From NCBI GenBank assembly GCA_965248835.1, contig CBDFLJ010000001.1:2036939-2100938 (forward strand): a stretch of DNA of 64,000 nucleotides, written 5' to 3'. The DNA is from Alphaproteobacteria bacterium (lineage in GTDB: Bacteria; Pseudomonadota; Alphaproteobacteria; MPNO01). Positions 59,815 to 64,000 of the stretch are shown one piece after another. The notes under the pieces were generated by a model. The model was not told the origin of the DNA. It saw only the letters and a list, made by a program, of their open reading frames with translations, and made no database searches. Position 1 is the first letter of the stretch, and each line of letters begins with the position of its first letter. Both the position numbers and the translations under genes were made by a program.

Positions 59815-61112
59815 GCTCGGAGGTCATCGGCATAATCGGCGTCCTCGCGCTGATCGTGCTCATCATGCTGCGCGTCAAGATCGCCATCGCGCTCGGGATC
59901 GTCGGGTTGGTCGGGTACGCCGCGCTCGACGGCTGGAGCACCGCGTTCATCGTGCTCGGGACGACGCCGTTCGACCTTACCGCAGGCTACGCGCTTTCGG
60001 TGATGCCGCTGTTCATCCTGATGGGGGTGGTGTCGGGGCATTCGGGCATGTCGCGCGAGCTGTTCGATGCCGCCAACGCGCTGTTCTCCGGCCGCCGCGG
60101 CGCGCTGGCGATGGCAACCATCGGGGCGTGCGCGGGGTTCGGCTGCATCTGCGGCTCCTCGCTCGCGACGGCGGCAACGATGGCCCGGATCGCGGTTCCA
60201 GAGATGCAGCGGCTCGGCTACGACGACCGGCTGTCGACCGGCGCGGTCGCGATGGGCGGCACGCTCGGCATCCTGATCCCGCCCTCGGTCATGCTGGTGC
60301 TCTATGCGATCGTCGCGGAGCAGTCGGTCCCGCAGCTCTTCGCGGCCGGGCTGATCCCGGGGATCGTGCTCGCCGCGCTGCAGATCGTCGTGATCTGGGT
60401 GATCTCGCGTGTGCTGCCCGGATGGACGCCCGAGAGCGTAGCGATGCCGTGGTCGCGCCGGATCCGCCATCTGACCGGGATGTGGAAACTCCTGCTCCTC
60501 TTCTTCTTCGCCGTCGGCGGCATCTATGCCGGCATCTTCAGCCCGACCGAGGCTGCCGCCGTCGCTGCCTTCGGCGCCATCGCGATCGCCGCGCTCACGC
60601 GTCGCATCGGCTGGAACGTGCTTCTCGACAGCATGGTCGAGACCGTGCGCACCTCGGCGATGTTGTTCTTCATCCTGATTACGGCGTTCCTGTTCTCCTA
60701 TTTCCTTGTACGCACCCAAGTGCCTGCGGGGCTGGTGGGCTGGGTCAAGGCAACGGGTCTGTCGCCCTGGCTGGTCGTGGTCACGCTGGTGGCGTTCTAT
60801 GTCGTTCTCGGCTGCGTGCTCGAATCGATCGCGATGATGCTGATCACCGTGCCGGTGTTCCTGCCGCTCCTGATCGAGCTCGGATACGACCCGGTCTGGT
60901 TCGGAGTGCTGCTGGTGGTGGTGATCGAGATCGGCTTGGTGACGCCCCCGGTCGGGCTCAACATTTTCGTCATCCGTTCGCAGGTGCCGGAGATCCCTTT
61001 GTCGTCGATCTACGCCGGCATCCTGCCTTTCCTTGCGGCCGCCTTCGTGCTGGTGGTGCTGATGCTGGTGGTGCCTGAACTGGCGCTCTGGCTGCCGAGC
61101 GTTCTCTATTGA
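59811..61112 (+). CDS. TRAP transporter large permease (DctM family)
   Basis: 433-aa polytopic protein with DctM-type sequence (MPLFILMG...GTLGILIPPS...). Confidence 0.92.
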   Translation: MSSEVIGIIGVLALIVLIMLRVKIAIALGIVGLVGYAALDGWSTAFIVLGTTPFDLTAGYALSVMPLFILMGVVSGHSGMSRELFDAANALFSGRRGALAMATIGACAGFGCICGSSLATAATMARIAVPEMQRLGYDDRLSTGAVAMGGTLGILIPPSVMLVLYAIVAEQSVPQLFAAGLIPGIVLAALQIVVIWVISRVLPGWTPESVAMPWSRRIRHLTGMWKLLLLFFFAVGGIYAGIFSPTEAAAVAAFGAIAIAALTRRIGWNVLLDSMVETVRTSAMLFFILITAFLFSYFLVRTQVPAGLVGWVKATGLSPWLVVVTLVAFYVVLGCVLESIAMMLITVPVFLPLLIELGYDPVWFGVLLVVVIEIGLVTPPVGLNIFVIRSQVPEIPLSSIYAGILPFLAAAFVLVVLMLVVPELALWLPSVLY

Positions 61113-61272
61113 CCGCAGGGCCGTGACCCGGCGGCGTCTCGCGCCGTCGGATCCAGAGCGCGCATTCGCTCAGTCCAAAGCGGCTCTCGAACCAGCAAAG
61201 CGCTCTGTCGTCCTGATCAAGAAATTTATGGGAATAAGTTCATTGGCTGTGCTGAAGCGATGACTGAAACGG

Positions 61273-61490
61273 CTGCACGGCGACGACATCCCGCTGCCGG
61301 TGCTCGCCCAGAGCGAGATCGATACGGGGCGGGCTTGGGTCTATGTCCCAGACGACGCCCTGTTCGGCGGTGCGGATCCGCCGGCGGTGCTGTTCCGCTA
61401 CTCCAGGAACAGCTCGAGGATCATCCGGTCGAGCATCTGCGCGGCTTCGGCAGGAACCTGCAGGCCGACGCCTATGCCGGTCGCGCGCCC
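61273..61490 (+). pseudogene. Internal fragment of an IS66-family transposase
   Basis: LHGDDIPLPVLAQSEIDTGRAWVYVPDDALFGGADPPAVLFRYS, then a frame break and HPVEHLRGFGRNLQADAYAG. This is the conserved central block of IS66 TnpC. Confidence 0.55.
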
Positions 61491-62326
61491 TCGACCGTGG
61501 TGCGGTGCATGTGACGGCGGTATTGAGGGTCGTAGAGCGTGGCGTGATGGATCGTGCCGCGGTTGTCCCAGCACAGATAGTCGTTGGCCCGCCATTTGTG
61601 GATATGGCGAAACTCGTCCTTCAGCAGATGGACGAATAGCCCGTCGAGCAGCGCGCGGCCCTCGGTCTCGTCCATCCCGACGACCGCGATGGTGAAGCCG
61701 GGGCTGACATAGAGCGCCTTGCGCCCGGTATCCTCGTTGGTGCGCACGATCGGATGGACAACGTCTCTGAGCCTTGCCTTCTGTGCGCCGGTGAGCGCCG
61801 GCCGCGCGCCGGGACGGCTCTGGTTGCGCTCGTAGTTGGCGGTGTAGGAATGCACCGCCTGCAAACCCGCGATCCGCCGCTGGGTCGCCTCAGGCAAGGT
61901 CTCGTATGCGCGGCACATGTCGACGAACATGGTGTCGCCGCCCTCCGGCGGGATATCGATGGCGTAGAGCATGGTCGCGAGCGACGGCGCCTCTTCGTAT
62001 GACAGGTCGGAATGCCAATAGCGTCCCGCGTCCTCGAAGCCAAGCGCGGTGCCGTCCGGCGCCTTGTCGTTCGACAGCACCAGCATCTCGGGTTCATCGG
62101 GATGATGGAACTGGGTCAGCACATGGATCTGCAGCGGCCCGAACCGGCGGCTGAACGCGACCTGGTGCTCGGGTTCGATCTGTTGATCGCGGATCACCAT
62201 GATCCCGGCCTCGAAGAAAGCCCGGCGGAGCCGCGCGAAATCCGCGTCCGCCAACGGCTGAGCGAGATCGAGCCCCAGCACCTCGACGCCGAAATGTGCG
62301 CTCAGCCGGCGTATCTCGAAGTCCAT
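61472..62326 (-). CDS. TauD/TfdA-family Fe(II)/2-oxoglutarate-dependent dioxygenase
   Basis: MDFEIRRLSAHFGVEVLGLDL start. WHSDLSY (the HxD facial triad) and the distal RHMHRTT motif. The ATG at 62326 is preferred over 62356. Confidence 0.88.
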   Translation of the reverse strand: MDFEIRRLSAHFGVEVLGLDLAQPLADADFARLRRAFFEAGIMVIRDQQIEPEHQVAFSRRFGPLQIHVLTQFHHPDEPEMLVLSNDKAPDGTALGFEDAGRYWHSDLSYEEAPSLATMLYAIDIPPEGGDTMFVDMCRAYETLPEATQRRIAGLQAVHSYTANYERNQSRPGARPALTGAQKARLRDVVHPIVRTNEDTGRKALYVSPGFTIAVVGMDETEGRALLDGLFVHLLKDEFRHIHKWRANDYLCWDNRGTIHHATLYDPQYRRHMHRTTVEGARPA

Positions 62327-62644
62327 GGCCTGGTGTCCGGTCTCGACCTTGGGCAACGGAGTGATTTCTTCGATCCCGGTGACCCCGTAGCTGCCCTGAC
62401 ATTCTCGGCGACCGGCCCACCAGGCGGTCCAGTTTGGATGCTAGTTGATTTGTGTCGGTAAGGCCATGTTTGAGGTGACCAGCCGATCGCCCCAACCGCT
62501 GGCAAATCCGATCACGGCACGATCTGAGAACGGCGGCGGAATAATCCCCCACTAAAGCGGCCGGGTTGGTCCGGCGGCGGCTCAATTTTGGGCCACCGAT
62601 AGCCTTCGACCGGGATGAACCGGTGAAGGCAGGGGGTGTATCGG

Positions 62645-62790
62645 GTGGAGCTCTATGCGCGAGCACGGCTGGCAAGCCGTGTTGAAGGTTTGAGCCGGCG
62701 GGAGGCGGCGCTTCGGTTCGAGATCGACCGCAAGACGGTCGCCAAGATGCTGGCGTTCTCGGTGCCACCGGATTAGGCGCTCCTACAACC
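62645..62790 (+). pseudogene. 5' fragment of an IS21-family istA transposase gene
   Basis: VELYARARLASRVEGLSRREAALRFEIDRKTVAKMLAFSVPP is the HTH N-terminus of IstA. It is interrupted by a stop and frameshift. Confidence 0.55.
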
Positions 62791-62796
62791 GCGAGG

Positions 62797-62915
62797 ACAT
62801 GGTGGGTGATCCGGTCGAGCAGGGCGCCGGTGAGACGTTCGCTGGCGAAGACGGAGGTCCATTCCTGGAACGGCAGGTTCGAGGTGACGATGGTGATGAA
62901 CCGGTTACGTGCCAT
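62797..62915 (-). pseudogene. 3' fragment of an IS21-family istB helper ATPase gene
   Basis: ITIVTSNLPFQEWTSVFASERLTGALLDRITHHV is the conserved IstB C-terminus. It meets the istA fragment at about 62790-62797, with the two fragments reading towards each other on opposite strands. Confidence 0.55.
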
Positions 62916-63116
62916 CGCCGTTGCTCGACACTCCGTCGTCAACCCGGTTCTTCAGCGCGCGCGAAGCTCGGAACATCACCACCCGGCGCGCCGACACCGG
63001 CGCCTCTTTCCGAGCAGCGACCCATGCAGCCGGGCCGCGCCGCGGTGACCGGAGGCTCGACAATTGCATGAGCGCGCAAAACCTGATCCCCTTTGTCGCA
63101 GGGGGTGTCTTTTCCG

Positions 63117-64000
63117 ATGCGGTTCGACTTGGTTTTGCGAAACGGCCGGGTATTCGACGGATCCGGGCGCGCGCCAGTGGCTGCTGACCTGGCCGTCGCC
63201 GGCGACCGTGTCGCGGTGATCGAGCAAATTCCTGTCGGTCGTGGCGACGTCGAGATCGACGTTCGCGGCCAGGCAATCAGCCCGGGCTTCATCGATGCCC
63301 ACACCCATGACGACCGAGCGCTGCTGGTCGATCCCGACATGGCCGCGAAGACCAGCCAAGGCGTGACGACCGTGATAACCGGGAATTGCGGGATAAGTCT
63401 GGCGCCGCTGGTGTTGCGGGACACCCCGCCGCCGCCGCTCGACCTGATCGGCGACACCGGGTCATACCGGTTCGCAAAATTTCGCAGCTACCTCGATGCG
63501 CTTGACGCTGCGCCGCCCGCGGTCAACGCTGCTTGCTTGGTCGGCCATTCGACGTTGCGCGTGGGCGCGATGGCCGCACTCGACCGGCCGGCAAGCGAGG
63601 CAGAGCTGGCGGTGATGCGCGAACGGCTCCAGGCAGCGCTTGATGACGGTGCGATCGGCATGTCGAGCGGGACCTTCTATCCGCCGGCCGCCGCCGCGCC
63701 CGCCGCGGAAGTCGCCGCACTTGCCGCGCTGGTGGGCGAGGCGGGCGGCGTCTACGCCACCCATATGCGCGACGAGGCCGATCGGGTCATCGAAAGCCTG
63801 GAGGAGAGTTTCGGGATTGCCGAGCGGGCCGGTGTGCCGCTGGTCATCTCCCATCACAAGGTCGCCGGCAGGGCCAATCACGGGCGATCGCGCCACACCC
63901 TGTCGCTGATCGCCGAGGCGATCAAACGTCAGCCCGTCGGACTCGATGTCTACCCCTATGTGGCCGCGTCCTCGATCCTCGACGCCAAGCGATTCGGAAC
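63117..64000 (+). CDS. N-acyl-D-amino-acid deacylase (D-aminoacylase) family amidohydrolase, 3'-partial at the window edge
   Basis: Own translation from the ATG at 63117: MRFDLVLRNGRVFDGSG...ISPGFIDAHTHDD...GVTTVITGNCG...YATHMRDE...VISHHK. The frame is open to the end of the window, so it is absent from the ORF track. Confidence 0.85.
   Translation, partial: MRFDLVLRNGRVFDGSGRAPVAADLAVAGDRVAVIEQIPVGRGDVEIDVRGQAISPGFIDAHTHDDRALLVDPDMAAKTSQGVTTVITGNCGISLAPLVLRDTPPPPLDLIGDTGSYRFAKFRSYLDALDAAPPAVNAACLVGHSTLRVGAMAALDRPASEAELAVMRERLQAALDDGAIGMSSGTFYPPAAAAPAAEVAALAALVGEAGGVYATHMRDEADRVIESLEESFGIAERAGVPLVISHHKVAGRANHGRSRHTLSLIAEAIKRQPVGLDVYPYVAASSILDAKRFG

Noticed and set aside
38748-63116. Search by eye for a direct repeat of the tRNA-Ala 3' end (…GGTTCGACTCCCCCTGGCTCCACCA) that would define attR of the island
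   Set aside because: None was seen. This is reported as a limitation rather than as evidence of absence, because a computational repeat search is needed.

Overview
High-GC (about 68-70% by eye) chromosomal segment whose gene order looks alphaproteobacterial. All functions below come from reading the translated ORFs and their motifs, because no database search was possible.

The window has two parts.

(1) Positions 1-38,750 are conserved housekeeping core:
- an amidohydrolase, then dapB and dnaJ-dnaK;
- a DUF1848 gene and a proVWX-type betaine ABC transporter;
- grpE-hrcA and rph-rdgB-hemW;
- an LpoA-like lipoprotein, rsmI-yraN, a SirB1-like gene, gshB and a comM/yifB-type ATPase;
- an Fe3+-binding protein, polA and folC-accD-trpA-trpB-trpF;
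- lapA, ihfB, sppA, rpsA, cmk, aroA, a TIGR02300 zinc-ribbon gene and tRNA-Ala(GGC).
The only clear foreign insert in this part is a roughly 1.4 kb low-GC patch (about 1.4-2.8 kb) carrying an orphan AAA+ ATPase. It appears to have cut off an amidohydrolase paralogue.

(2) From the 3' end of tRNA-Ala (38,747) to about 63.1 kb is a decayed mosaic accessory island. Its mobile-element content is:
- a frameshifted tyrosine integrase;
- an IS1182-family pseudogene;
- one apparently intact IS5/IS427-type element with an A-AAA-AGG frameshift site, abutting a degenerate IS5-family copy;
- a third IS5-family element split into two halves that share 84 bp and bracket 10.1 kb;
- serine-recombinase fragments, and IS66 and IS21 fragments.
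Its cargo is:
- a compact lower-GC three-gene inositol module (myo-inositol-1-phosphate synthase, an IMPase-family phosphatase, and a fused cytidylyltransferase/CDP-alcohol phosphotransferase) that matches the di-myo-inositol-phosphate pathway of (hyper)thermophiles. This is the most interesting item in the window;
- a MetE-like Zn-enzyme gene plus a decayed paralogue;
- a cupin and NitT/TauT-type ABC operon whose upstream molybdo-hydroxylase gene is truncated;
- a small secreted-protein cassette flanked by 254-bp direct repeats;
- a SAM methyltransferase, a TRAP transporter and a TauD-family dioxygenase.

A partial D-aminoacylase gene runs off the right edge. No rRNA genes, CRISPR arrays or recognisable complete defence systems were seen.
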